Shown here one piece after another: positions 51,882-63,084 of a stretch of 64,000 nt of DNA. The stretch is taken from the NCBI RefSeq assembly GCF_963506605.1, contig NC_083282.1:73966001-74030000 (forward strand). The letters are read 5' to 3'. Within the stretch, counting starts at the first letter, position 1. Each line of letters opens with the position of its first letter. The notes below the pieces were generated by a model, which saw nothing but the letters and a program-made list of their open reading frames with translations, ran no database searches and had not been told where the DNA came from. The translations under genes were made by a program, and so were the position numbers. The DNA comes from Zootoca vivipara (taxonomy: Eukaryota).

Positions 51882-54800
51882 ATGGCTTCTGCACATTCTG
51901 GCCAGATGTCTCTATCTTTTCCTCTCCTTACACCAGAGACCTATCCTACATGGCAGGTCAAAATGAAAGCACTTTTACAAAGGGAAAAGCTTTACCATAT
52001 TATAGAAGATGACCCCCCTAATGAGGATGATGATGGATGGCCAGCGTGGCATGAGGCAGACATGAGAGCCAGGGGGACAATTATTCTGAGTGTCCAGGAC
52101 CAGTTGTTGGTCAACTTGGAGAACCAGCAGACTGCACGGGCTGTTTGGAATAAACTTCGAGATATGCATCTAAGACAAAATGCAGGATCCAGTGTGCTTT
52201 TCTTTAAAAAGCTGTGTAGGCTGGAATTGCAGAAAGATGGTGATTTGCCCAGCCATCTAGCCCAATTAAAACGTCTCAGACAGGATCTTGTCCAGCGAGA
52301 CTTAAATATTTCAGAAGCTGTTTTTGCAATGCTTATCATAAACAGTTTGGATGAATCTTATGATGCTGTAGCTGCTCAATTGTCGTCTTTGCCCAATGAC
52401 CGTCTAACAGAAGATTATGTGTCTAGCGTGCTCTTGAATGAGTGGGATCGCAGACAGACTGCTAGAGAAAGCAGGGACAAGGCTGTTGGAAATGCCTACA
52501 AGCCTTCAACAGGGGAAAGTGAAAGTGTTGCAAAAGCTCTTAAAATGCGCCGCTGTTTTTCTTGCGGAGAGGTCGGCCATTTTAAAAATCAGTGTAAAAA
52601 CTCTTCAAAGAAGAAGGGCAACTTCAAAGGCAAAGGGGGAGGAGGCCGAAAACCCCAAGGGCCAGCTGCATCAAAGGCTTTGATTTCACGCAGTTCTAAT
52701 CAACTCACACGTTCTGTTTTTGTTGTCGACTCAGGAGCCACAAGGCACGTGGCCAATGATAAAAATCTCTTTCTTCATCTTGAGAAACAGGGAGGAGCAA
52801 TTCATCAAGCGGATGGAACGACTATTAAAAGTTTGGCTCAGGGAACGGTTTCTTTGCAGAGCCTTAATGCAACAGTTAAAAATGTTATGTATGCTCCTCA
52901 TTTGCAGGATAATCTCTTGAGTGTTTCTCAGCTAGACGCTCAAGGATTTAAAGTGGTGTTTGCAAACTCTCGGTGTGAAATTCTTCGAGACAACAAACTC
53001 ATTCTTTATGCTAAGTGTGTTGATGGTTTATATGTATTGCCTTTTGTTACAGGTACAGCTGCTGGAGCAACTAAAGAAACTGAAAAGGCGTGCTGTAATA
53101 TATCAGTAGATAAGAATGAGAAATTGCATAACCATTGTATTCATGATTATCATCGTTTGTTTGGTCATTTGCATTTCCAGGCAGTAGGTAAAATGCAAAA
53201 TATGGTTGAGGGCATGAAAGTTCAAAAGTGTCCTTATCATATGAAATGTGTCTCATGTGCAGAGAACAAAATTAAGCAAGCTCCCAAAGGTACAAAATCT
53301 GGGAGGGAGGTTAAGAAACCTTATGAGATTGTGCATGCAGACTTGGTTGGACCTCTAGCGCTCTCTAGAGGAAACTCATGTTATTTTTTGGTTCTGATAG
53401 ATGCCTATTCTAGATATGTTTGGGTCTATATGTTACAAAAGAAGTCTGAAGCCTTCTCTAAGTTTCAAAAATTTTGTGCATGGCTCAGGAATGTTCACGA
53501 TGAGCATGTACGTTGTCTTTTCACTGACAGGGGTGGAGAATTTTGTTCAGAACAGTTTGAAAACTTTACTGCAGAACAGGGCATAGAGCACATGACTGCC
53601 ACGCCCAGATCTCCATGGCAGAATGGTTTATGTGAAAGAGTAAACCAGACCTTGCAACAAGGAATTAAAACTCTGTTGCATGATTCAGGCCTACCCAACC
53701 CCTTTTGGGCTGAAGCTCTATCGTGTTTCACCTATATTTACAACCGCAGATATCAATCAGCCATTGATTGCACCCCATACGAAATGCTGTTCAAAAGGAA
53801 ACCGTTTGTAAAACATTTAAAAATTTTCGGTTCTGAAGTTTGGGTGCACACTCTGCAAGGTGACAAACTGAGCAAATCTGGTCAACATGGCATTTTTCTA
53901 GGTTATGAAAAAGGTTCTTATCGTGTGCTGATGACAGACACAAACACAATTAGGCTGACCAGAAGCATGGATTGTAATCCAAAATGGGACAAAGTTGGCA
54001 TTTTTCAATGTCATCCCATTTCAGATGATGAGGTGGTGAAACCAATTAACAAAGAGGCAAAACCTGTAATTGATGCTGATGGTAGCACAGATTCTGACAC
54101 TGATACAGATGATCAGAATGAAAAGACCTCTTTTAAGAAATCAGATGGGTCTGACACTGATCTAGAGGTAGAATCTTTGCCAGATACAGGTCACCATTCT
54201 CCCAAGGAGGAGGAACCAGACCCAGAGGATCCCAGAGTATTGCGTAGATCTGAGAGAACTACCAAGGGACAAGCACCTAAACGATTTTCTAAAGAATTTG
54301 CTAAAGCTGCTATTTCAGATATGGCTGCCACTAGCAATCCAAACTCAGTTTTTGAACCAACTAACTACAAAGAGGTTCAAAATTTACCTGAAAAAGATGC
54401 CGAACCTTGGCTTAATGCCATGAAAGCTGAATTGAATTCCCTAAAGCAAAATGACACGTGGGAATTGGTTCCAGTAGAACCAGGCATGAAACTTGTAGAC
54501 AGCAGGTGGATTTACAAAACCAAGACTGATCAGACTGGTAAAGTGGTCAGATATAAAGCCAGATTAGTTGCACGTGGTTTTTCTCAAGTTCCTGATCAGG
54601 ACTATCATGAGACATATTCACCGACAGTCAAATTTGAGACAGTTAGGCTGTTGATGAAAATTGCTGCAGAAGAGGGCATGACCATATCTCATCACGACGT
54701 AAATACTGCGTTTTTGTACGGAATTCTCAATGAGAGTATTTACATGTCACCGCCAGATGGAGTGCAGATAAAAAAGGGAATGGTGTGTAAATTAAAAAAA

Positions 54801-55886
54801 TCCCTGTATGGTCTAAAACAAAGCGCTCGATGCTGGCACACTAAGCTGACAGACGTGCTGTTTTCCTTAGGTTTCCAGCAAGGAAAGGCTGATTCTTGTG
54901 TTTTTGTTAAAGAATCTAACCAGCACAAATTGTACTGCATTTGTTTTGTGGATGATATTTTGTTTTTCTGGAAGGATGCAAATATTTACAAAACCACTCT
55001 TGCAAAGCTGCAAAAGCATTTTGATATGAAAGACCTAGGGGAAGTCAGCAATTATCTCTCACTGGAAGTAGAGAGAAATAAGCAAGGTGATGTTTTGCTG
55101 CATCAATCACGTAAGATAAATGATGTGATTGAAAAATTAAATCTGACAGATGCCAATTCTGTAGACACCCCCATGGTCACAGGGTACCAACATGATACTA
55201 ATGCTAATGTTTTTCCTGACACTACATTGTTCAGAAGTGTGTTGGGTAAACTTAGTTTTATAGCAAGGTGCACAAGACCAGACATTGCTGTTAGCGTAAA
55301 TTTGCTCAGCAGATATGTAAATAAACCTACAGTGCAAGACTGGAAGGCGCTGAAACGCATAGTTAGGTATTTAAAAGGCACTATGCATTACAGGTTGAAG
55401 CTTACTAGCCAAAACTCTGGAGGTCTTGAGATCTATGCCGATGCCAGTTTTGGTAGTGATACAACTGATGGCAAGAGCACCTCAGGTGTGTGTTATTTGT
55501 ACAATCAGTGCCTATTTGATTGGTCTTGTAAGAAACAGGCAACAATAAGCATGAGTTCATGTGAAGCAGAACTCAACGCTTTAAATTTTTCCCTCATGAA
55601 TGTAGAGTGGTTGTTGCAACTATGTGAGGATATGAGAGTAAAAATTTGTTGTCCAGTTCAAGTTTATCAGGACAACAAAGCCTGCATAGAACTAATCCAT
55701 TCAGAAGGGTGCAAGCAAAGAACAAAACATTTGCTAATCAAATTGCACCGTGCCAGAGAATGCATTCAGAAAGGAGTTGTAAAAGTCTCATATATGCCAG
55801 GGAAAGAAATACCTGCTGATGCTTTGACTAAAGCTGTTAATAAGGAACAACTTGGTATATATGTAAAGAAATTGCTTTTGTGCTAG
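51882..55886 (+). CDS. Copia-type Gag-Pol polyprotein, 1334 aa
   Basis: Zn knuckle CFSCGEVGHFKNQC (52554-52595), protease VVDSGAT, integrase HRLFGH..CVSC and D(VHADL)-D(TDRGGEF)-E(NGLCER), RT YKARLVARGF / HDVNTAFL / LKKSLYGLKQS / FVDD, RNase H YADASF / EAE / QDN / ADALTK. No stops or frameshifts. Confidence 0.98.
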   Translation: MASAHSGQMSLSFPLLTPETYPTWQVKMKALLQREKLYHIIEDDPPNEDDDGWPAWHEADMRARGTIILSVQDQLLVNLENQQTARAVWNKLRDMHLRQNAGSSVLFFKKLCRLELQKDGDLPSHLAQLKRLRQDLVQRDLNISEAVFAMLIINSLDESYDAVAAQLSSLPNDRLTEDYVSSVLLNEWDRRQTARESRDKAVGNAYKPSTGESESVAKALKMRRCFSCGEVGHFKNQCKNSSKKKGNFKGKGGGGRKPQGPAASKALISRSSNQLTRSVFVVDSGATRHVANDKNLFLHLEKQGGAIHQADGTTIKSLAQGTVSLQSLNATVKNVMYAPHLQDNLLSVSQLDAQGFKVVFANSRCEILRDNKLILYAKCVDGLYVLPFVTGTAAGATKETEKACCNISVDKNEKLHNHCIHDYHRLFGHLHFQAVGKMQNMVEGMKVQKCPYHMKCVSCAENKIKQAPKGTKSGREVKKPYEIVHADLVGPLALSRGNSCYFLVLIDAYSRYVWVYMLQKKSEAFSKFQKFCAWLRNVHDEHVRCLFTDRGGEFCSEQFENFTAEQGIEHMTATPRSPWQNGLCERVNQTLQQGIKTLLHDSGLPNPFWAEALSCFTYIYNRRYQSAIDCTPYEMLFKRKPFVKHLKIFGSEVWVHTLQGDKLSKSGQHGIFLGYEKGSYRVLMTDTNTIRLTRSMDCNPKWDKVGIFQCHPISDDEVVKPINKEAKPVIDADGSTDSDTDTDDQNEKTSFKKSDGSDTDLEVESLPDTGHHSPKEEEPDPEDPRVLRRSERTTKGQAPKRFSKEFAKAAISDMAATSNPNSVFEPTNYKEVQNLPEKDAEPWLNAMKAELNSLKQNDTWELVPVEPGMKLVDSRWIYKTKTDQTGKVVRYKARLVARGFSQVPDQDYHETYSPTVKFETVRLLMKIAAEEGMTISHHDVNTAFLYGILNESIYMSPPDGVQIKKGMVCKLKKSLYGLKQSARCWHTKLTDVLFSLGFQQGKADSCVFVKESNQHKLYCICFVDDILFFWKDANIYKTTLAKLQKHFDMKDLGEVSNYLSLEVERNKQGDVLLHQSRKINDVIEKLNLTDANSVDTPMVTGYQHDTNANVFPDTTLFRSVLGKLSFIARCTRPDIAVSVNLLSRYVNKPTVQDWKALKRIVRYLKGTMHYRLKLTSQNSGGLEIYADASFGSDTTDGKSTSGVCYLYNQCLFDWSCKKQATISMSSCEAELNALNFSLMNVEWLLQLCEDMRVKICCPVQVYQDNKACIELIHSEGCKQRTKHLLIKLHRARECIQKGVVKVSYMPGKEIPADALTKAVNKEQLGIYVKKLLLC

Positions 55887-55902
55887 ATTTTCATAATGGT
55901 CA

Positions 55903-55919
55903 GAATGAAAAGGGGGAGG
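55903..55919 (+). promoter_or_regulatory. Polypurine tract
   Basis: GAATGAAAAGGGGGAGG immediately before the 3' LTR. Confidence 0.9.
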
Positions 55920-55920
55920 T

Positions 55921-56312
55921 TGTGAGCATTTTCACCCCTCCCATTCTGAAAATCTGGTGATATCTGCTGTTGGGAGGGAACAGTTAGGAATTGTTACTTT
56001 GTTGTTTTTCATTCCTGACTCTGCTCTCTGCTGTGTGCTGTGTGCAGTTTAATATCTTCTGTAGACAAGATGGCTAAGTGAGAGGCTGTAACACTCACAA
56101 AGCCAGATCTGTAAATATTCAGTAGTTAATAGAAATAAATGAGGAATGTTTTGAAACCTCTACAAATGCTTCTGCTGTTCACTGCTGATTTGGTGCTCAT
56201 AAAGCCCAGTTATGAGTCCATGATTCCCGGGTGTATGCTGAAGGTGTTCCAGACGTCCTGCCCAGGCATAGGGGCCTAAGAAGACCTGGACAGATCCTGG
56301 CATTTACCCACA
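55921..56312 (+). repeat. 3' LTR (392 bp)
   Basis: Direct repeat of 51180-51571, followed by TSD GTCAC. Confidence 0.97.
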
Positions 56313-58031
56313 GTCACTTGCTTGCTGGGAGATGCATAGAAGAGGATAATCATGGACTGTGTCTAAAGTACTTCAGTCTGAAGGAATAAAAAACTTTTAA
56401 TGACAGACTAATCAAGAACTGTTCTTTCTTTCTTTCTAAAAAATGATTTACAGCTCAACATAAAGGCCAAGGTCTTTTGGAAAACCCATGTTAAAGAGAA
56501 TTTAGCCATAAATTTGTAGAATCTAGGCAGTGAAATTTCCCCCACCCAGGGATGGATTCAATTTTCCTTTATCAGGTATGTGGCATGAACGAAGGCAACA
56601 AAACATGGCAGATCAGGTTGTACAGCCTTCTCAATGCATCACACATACCAGTACTGTCAACAACAAAAAAGGAATGACAACCCATCCCACAATTTAACTT
56701 TAACCACAATTTAATAAACCATAGTTTAAAAAAGTTTAATAAATGGGGTAGCTTAATGGGATGGTGACACAAGACAGGGTTTTCTCAGTAGTTTTGTGCA
56801 GCATTGTGGAACTCCTATCCAGGGGAAATTCAACTACAGTATCCCACATGTTTATAAGATTCAGGTGCCAACTGAAAATGTATTTCTTTGTCTGGGTTTG
56901 CAACATTATGCATTGGACTCTACCCCAGCAAAGTTTTATTGCCCTTGTACTGTTTTTAGTTCTTGATACAGATTTTAATGTTTTATTTATTGCTTTATCA
57001 TGTTTGTATTTTATGCTCATTGTTACCCAGCCTGGGTTCCCATGGGAGAAAAGGTGGGATAGATGAACAAACAACAATATTGATCAGTTGTTTAAGTGCA
57101 AATATTGTTCGGGTGCAAAGTTGTTATCATGAATTTAACAGAACAAAGTTACCAACTTCAGAAGAAATTTTATAGTGCTCCTTGACAATGGCTTTCTTAA
57201 TGCTAGTCATAACAAAACATGAGATACACATGGCAAAATCTGCCCAAGATTCATTTGAAGGTAAGTAGCAAAAGACTGTGAATATGAATTTCTCCTTTGT
57301 GGCAGCAAAGAGTGCCTCTCGGGAACACTGAGAGAGAGATGACAAAGAACTAGCAAAGGGATGCAATGCTGTTTCGCTTAACTCTCAGTTGAAAATCTAT
57401 CATACATGGCTCTGTTGAGCTGTGGCAGTATTATGCACATTGCCATGGAAACATCAGATAAGACCAGCTTGAGGACATCTGACGATCTTGTAGAATCCTA
57501 CTCCGCTGACTACATCAAATACCTTGCTAAGATCAACAGAACTGAGGTAGAGTGGCTTACTTTGTTCTCTGCATTTCTCTCATAGCTGGTGCTGAGAGAA
57601 GATCATATTTGTTTTTGATCTGCTTGCACAGAAGTTGGACTGTGCCTACCAAAGCACTGAAGCATAAAGTTACTGAGAGTACCCTCAAAAAATCATTCTG
57701 GCAAATACTCTCCTTAGGGTGCAGATGAGAGAGATTCCAATGCCTCTGGGGTTGTCTTCATTCTTACACAGCATGATAATGTTAGAACCACATGTTCAGT
57801 AGAACTATTTCTTTCCTCCAGCAGCAGAACTAGTCATAATGGACTGTCTGACTTTTCCACTCCCACGAACCTCAGCTGTGATACCACTCTTCCCAGGTAC
57901 TCTCTCTCTTGCCAAGGACTCCATGAGTTGGCTCTTTGTACTATCATTCTTGAGATACAGTACTATGTTTTTCAGAACATAGTCTGAAGTAGTTTTTCAC
58001 TTGTGAGATGCAGCTGCTCGTTCCTGTAGAT

Positions 58032-58167
58032 CAGGCATCTCCAAACTGCGGCCCTCCAGATGTTTTGGCCTACAACTCCCATGATCCCTAGCTAACAGGA
58101 CCAGTGGTTGGTGAAGATGGGAATTGTAGTCCAAAACATCTGGAGGGCCGAAGTTTGGGGGTGCCTG
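58032..58167. mobile_element. Palindromic hAT MITE
   Basis: CAGGCATCTCCAAACT / AGTTTGGGGGTGCCTG; TSD CTGTAGAT/TTGTAGAT (7/8). Confidence 0.85.
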
Positions 58168-59479
58168 TTGTAGATCATTCTGCTATCCAGGGTCTCACAG
58201 GCAGGAGGCTGCTGAAGTGGGAATGAGAGTCTGTCATACGTTACATGACTGCTTCCCAAGTCAGAAGCAGTTTATATATGATATAGGCTAATCTACAGAT
58301 TTATACAGCATCTAAAATAAATGCTTTCTTTACTGCACTTTTTCTTGGCTTGAGTGTCTTCACCAGGCTGAATTATTTCCCTTAGCATATGACATTTTAA
58401 TTTCAGTAGGCTTTAAATCAGTCATTTCTAGTCATCTTGCCAAAAACTGTCCAGCACTCTCCCATATATTGCTCTGTTTAGAGAAAGGAAGACTCACAGC
58501 TCAGTGATACAGCACATACTGTGCATGCAAATGTTCCATGTTCAGTTGCAGACACCCCGTGTTATGAAAGGATCTTTGACAATAGGGTGGGGAAGGCCTT
58601 CCACCTGAGACCCTAGGGAAGCAATGCTAGTCAGAGTGGATGATACCAAGCTAGTTGGAACAATGGACTGACTTAATACAAAGCTGATTACCGTATTTAA
58701 AAGGCGCAAGGCACACCTTCAGGTTTAGATCTATACAGCTTTCCAGTATGGAATAAGGTCAAAGGGCAAACAAGAGAATGGGAAAAGTTAATTGTGCAAG
58801 TGCTGTAGGAGAAGTAAGAAATACACTGAACAACCACATCTCCTGCTAATGCCAAGATCATGGTGATGCTAGGTGCCACGATAACCTTTGTCAATTGTCA
58901 CCGATATTGCCTATGCTATGTTGGCCAGCACATATTAGGGCTATGACTTGCATTTTAATCAAACCCTTCCATTCAAATCACTGAGAAGAAATTATGTGAT
59001 AGCTCTCACAACTGCAATAGCATCAAAGTACAAGAAACTGAAAATGGCAATTTTAGGCTTCTGCCTCAACACTTATCTCACCATTCCCCAGAACCACTTT
59101 TCTATTCCCCTTACCATTTAGAAGCAGTCACATGCCAACTACATGAGAGCAGCATGTGGGAGTGATATGGAACAGGTTGTAGCCAACCCTCTCACAGAGT
59201 CCCCTACTCAATATCTATGAGGAAAGAAAAATTGAGGATTGCAAAACTAACCATGCTTATTGATTCCAGATTATCTGGAAAAGAGATACCTGTACAACAA
59301 AAGCCCTTAAAAACGACATCCTGTTCACTTTCGAAACACACACAAATCCAGTTCAGCACTTTCAATACTTTAAGGTGGAAACAATAAAAAGATCACTGTT
59401 TTACTGATAACTAAAATTATTCTCTGCTGGCTTGATGAAAGAAATTAGGATCTTCACGTTCATGCACCATTAATAAATA

Positions 59480-59826
59480 CAGGTGAAACTCGGAAAATTA
59501 AAACATCGTCAAAAAGTGCATTTATTTCAGTAATGCAACTTAAAAGGTGAAACCAATATATGAGATAGATGCATGACATGCAAAGCAATATATGTCAAGC
59601 CTTTATTAATTGTAATTATCTGTCGTTAGGCGGGTCAATTATAAATGAAATGTAATTAATGAAATGTAATAGCGATGTTTATTTTTGTATTATTGTAACT
59701 ACTTGTTTTATTACTGTGGAATTTCCAAAAGAAAGCATTTGTAAAAATTAAAATAAAAAATAATAAGTTGCATTACTGAAATGAATGCACTTTTTGACGA
59801 TATTCTAATTTTCTGAGTTTCACCTG
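59480..59826. mobile_element. Tc1-like MITE
   Basis: TA|CAGGTGAAACTC..GTAATGCAACTTA and TAAGTTGCATTAC..GAGTTTCACCTG|TA, ~64-bp TIRs. Confidence 0.88.
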
Positions 59827-60884
59827 TACAACTGATGACAGGAAACAACTCTGTCAAAACAAAATTCAGCAACTAGGAATGTGCAAAGGATAGAGCCTCT
59901 ACAGCCCTCAAGTAATCCCTGTTGCTCCAAAAATTATCATCTGAACAAACCTTGCTGTTCTTATGCAGCTTGTAAAATAATAAATAAAAAACACTTTAGC
60001 AATTGTAGCTGGAGCCCACTTATTAAAATCTACCACCAAGGTCACCTGGACTGTAAGTAAAGTATGTTTAATACTAGCAGGGGAATAGACAAGGTAGATA
60101 AAAGCATGCTCAGCTTCATCATAAATGATGTCTCTTTCCCTGCTGCTTCCATTTCCCTATTCTCTTTGGTGAGGTTTCTGGGAGTCACGTCACTCTGAGA
60201 TTACCCATAGCTTTTACTACATTCTCTCTACAGGTTTTCATGTCAGTATACTTCAATTAGCAAAACAAAATATTCAGCCTCAAAGGTTTCCCCCTTTTTC
60301 CTTTAGCAATTGCATTCTTAGAAGTTTAGAGGATGCTGTTTTACTGTGACAACCACACAGTAAGAGACCGAGATTTCAGAAAAAGCAGGAAGAACAATTA
60401 TGGGTGTAAGATGTGGACTTTAATACCCAAATAACTGTTCTCTAACTTCTATGAACTATAAGGATGATGGATCACTAGTTAGTAAAGCACTCCTAAAAAA
60501 AGGGGCATCGTGTTATTCAGCAATATAAACTTTTTGGATAAAAGAGAACAAAAACCTGTATTAACCTGCTTTGCAATTACAGCAAAGTATCTATCTTGAG
60601 TGACTTTCTTCACCAGATAAACCTCAAAGGGAACAATGGAGAAATGCTTTGAATCCTATGGGCTTTATACAAAGATTGACTTCAAGGATTTATAGGCAAG
60701 TTGAAATTTCCCTTCACATTTTCCCCATTTATACAGTAGCAGCTGACAGTGGCATAATGCAAAGTAGTTTACCTGTGTCAAAATGAATGAAGGTAAGCTA
60801 ATGGGCTGGCACAGGTGGAGGGAAAATGGAGATATTTGTACCTCCAATTTGCTTAGAGTGCTTGCTGGCTGTGGGGGGTAGCAT

Positions 60885-61483
60885 TGTAGTTGGATGCAGA
60901 GGATTGGTGGGAGGAACCAGTTGGGGAGCCACCAAGGGAAGAAGGCTCAGAGCTCAGGGAGTGGTAGTGGGACAACGATGAGTGGTCAGAGGGAGAAGAC
61001 TAGGAAGAGAAGGTGTCAGTAGCTGAATGGGTAACGGGGCTTAGCGAGCTGGGGGAGTCTGCGGCAGAGTGAAGTCAAGAATCAGTAGCTAAACCTGGTG
61101 AGTGGGAGGAGGGAGGTCAAGAGGCAGGTATGAGTCAGGCTGCTGAAGAATCATGGTTGTTTCCCACTCCTACTGCAAAAAGCTCCCTTCCCCCTCTGTC
61201 TCTCAGAACCAGAAGAGGGCTGAAAGGGGCAGAGCAGCGACAGGATGCCCACAGGTGCAGTCTCCAATTCCCTGGAAAAAACCCTGAAGAGGAGCAAACT
61301 TAGACAGCTATGGGGAGGCAGGGGCTTTCAGTCTCAGCAACTGCTTTAAGACCCACAGGGAATGGGTTGCTGTGCTCGTTAGGCCTGACACTTAGCCAAG
61401 TCTGTGGAGATCGTGTTTTTCCTAATAAAGAGTTAGCTCCAAATTTGAATTGTGTGATTTACTGGCCGGCTCGCTCTGTGACA
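60885..61483 (+). mobile_element. Possible solo LTR
   Basis: Purine-rich block ending with AATAAA (~61424) and ...TGTGACA. Left end and TSD not resolved. Confidence 0.35.
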
Positions 61484-62757
61484 ATCACCAGCAAACAAAT
61501 TGTGCTATCAAAATAGGCAACTGGGTGCTCTCCAGATGTTGTGGACCAACTCCAATCCCTAACTCTTGGCTACGCTATCTGGGACTGATGGGAGTTGTAG
61601 TCCATAACATCTGGAGGACACCACATTGATCACCACTAAAAAAATATTTTAATGTGCTGCAGCCTTCAGCAATCTGATACTCTCCAGATATTTTGGACTA
61701 CAACTCTCATCAGTCCCAGCCAGGATTGCACACATCTGGAGAGCACCACATTGCTAAAGGCTGATTTACTGAATGTGTTAAGTGCATGCATGGTTCAGCA
61801 AAAGTGCTGCTTCAGAGTACCTCAGGAGGAGAGAGACAACTGTTACACAATTGTCAACTTCAACCTGGCATCCAAGGAAGAGATTTTTGCAGGCTGATAT
61901 ACTTCTGTGCTGAAGAAGGTCACTCGGGGGAGGGTGAAAGAGGCAAGGGAAACTGGAAGAGAAAATATACAAAGTAAATGTAATTTAAAAACTGACTGGG
62001 AATTGCACAAGCATGGAAAGGAGATTTCTCCTCAGAAAGGAAGTAAAGCAAATAGTGACATTCCAGATTTTAATTTTTTTTTACTCTATAATAATAAAGA
62101 ATTGCTACTGAAGTGCACCACAGTATTTACTTTGTTCATCCTCAGCAACTTGTGAGGTGGACAAGCCTCCCTCTCCTCCTATTTTAAAGAGCCAAGTCTG
62201 AGAAAATATCACCAAGGATGTTTATGATGGAGAGAATCAAACTTGAATCTCCCAGGTTCAAGCCCACCACTTCAAACTAAACTGTCTTGTGTGGCCTCTA
62301 GAATTTTCTTCCTGGTATCTCAAGCAGCAACATTTTAGACAGCAACTCTTGTACAGTATAGGCTTCAGGCTGTTTATCCATCATATTTGCATAGAGGCTT
62401 CACAAGTAACTAGCTAAAACATAGGTACCACAAAATGAACCAATATGGAATGAAGATGTAGCAGAAGAGTTATTTCATGCTTCTTATGTTTTCAAGAAAG
62501 CATTAAGACTTACCAGCCAAAGAACTAAAAGCCACGTTACCCTAGTTGCAGAAAGCTGTTTGCCGCCATTTTGCAGTTAAAGGAAAATTTCTTCCTTTTA
62601 AGAACTTTAGTGCTTTTGAACAGGTGGGGGCACTAAAAATATATTCTCATTCCCAACCCATTATATACCTACTGAGCCACAAACACACTCTGATGAGAAG
62701 AAAAAGTACTCAGAAAATGAGCTAGAAGCAAATCTAATGTTCAGTGAGCTCTTCAAT

Positions 62758-63084
62758 TAAAGGTAAAGGGACCCCTTTAGGGTAAAGGGTTGCGGCGCTC
62801 ATCTCGCGTGATTGGTCGAGGGAGCCGGCGTACAGCTTCCAGGTCATGTGGCCAGCATGACAAAGCCGCTTTTGGTGAACCAGAGCAGCACACGGAAACG
62901 CCGTTTACCTTCCCGCTGTAGCGGTACCTATTTATCTACTTGCACTTTGACGTGTTTTCAAACTGCTAGGTTGGCAGGAGCTGGGACCGAGCAACGGGAG
63001 CTCACCCTGTCGCGGGGATTCGAACCGCCAACCTTCTGATCAGCAAGCCCTAGGCTCTGTGGTTTAACCCACAGCACCACCCGC
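62758..63084 (-). mobile_element. Sauria SINE
   Basis: Same family as 15993-16330; retains CpGs and box B (GGATTCGAACC on +). Confidence 0.87.

Larger units (their letters stand above)
51180..56312 (+). mobile_element. Full-length Ty1/copia LTR retrotransposon (5133 bp)
   Basis: TG...CA LTRs, 5-bp TSD GTCAC (51175-51179, 56313-56317), PBS, PPT, single intact ORF with GAG-PR-IN-RT-RH order. Confidence 0.98.

Noticed and set aside
53028-53056. Acceptor-like TTGCCTTTTGTTACAG after the protease, suggesting a gag-only spliced RNA
   Set aside because: No convincing donor found between the Zn knuckle and the protease; needs RNA-seq.
55887-55920. env-like or extra ORF in the retrotransposon
   Set aside because: Only 34 nt separate the pol stop from the 3' LTR.
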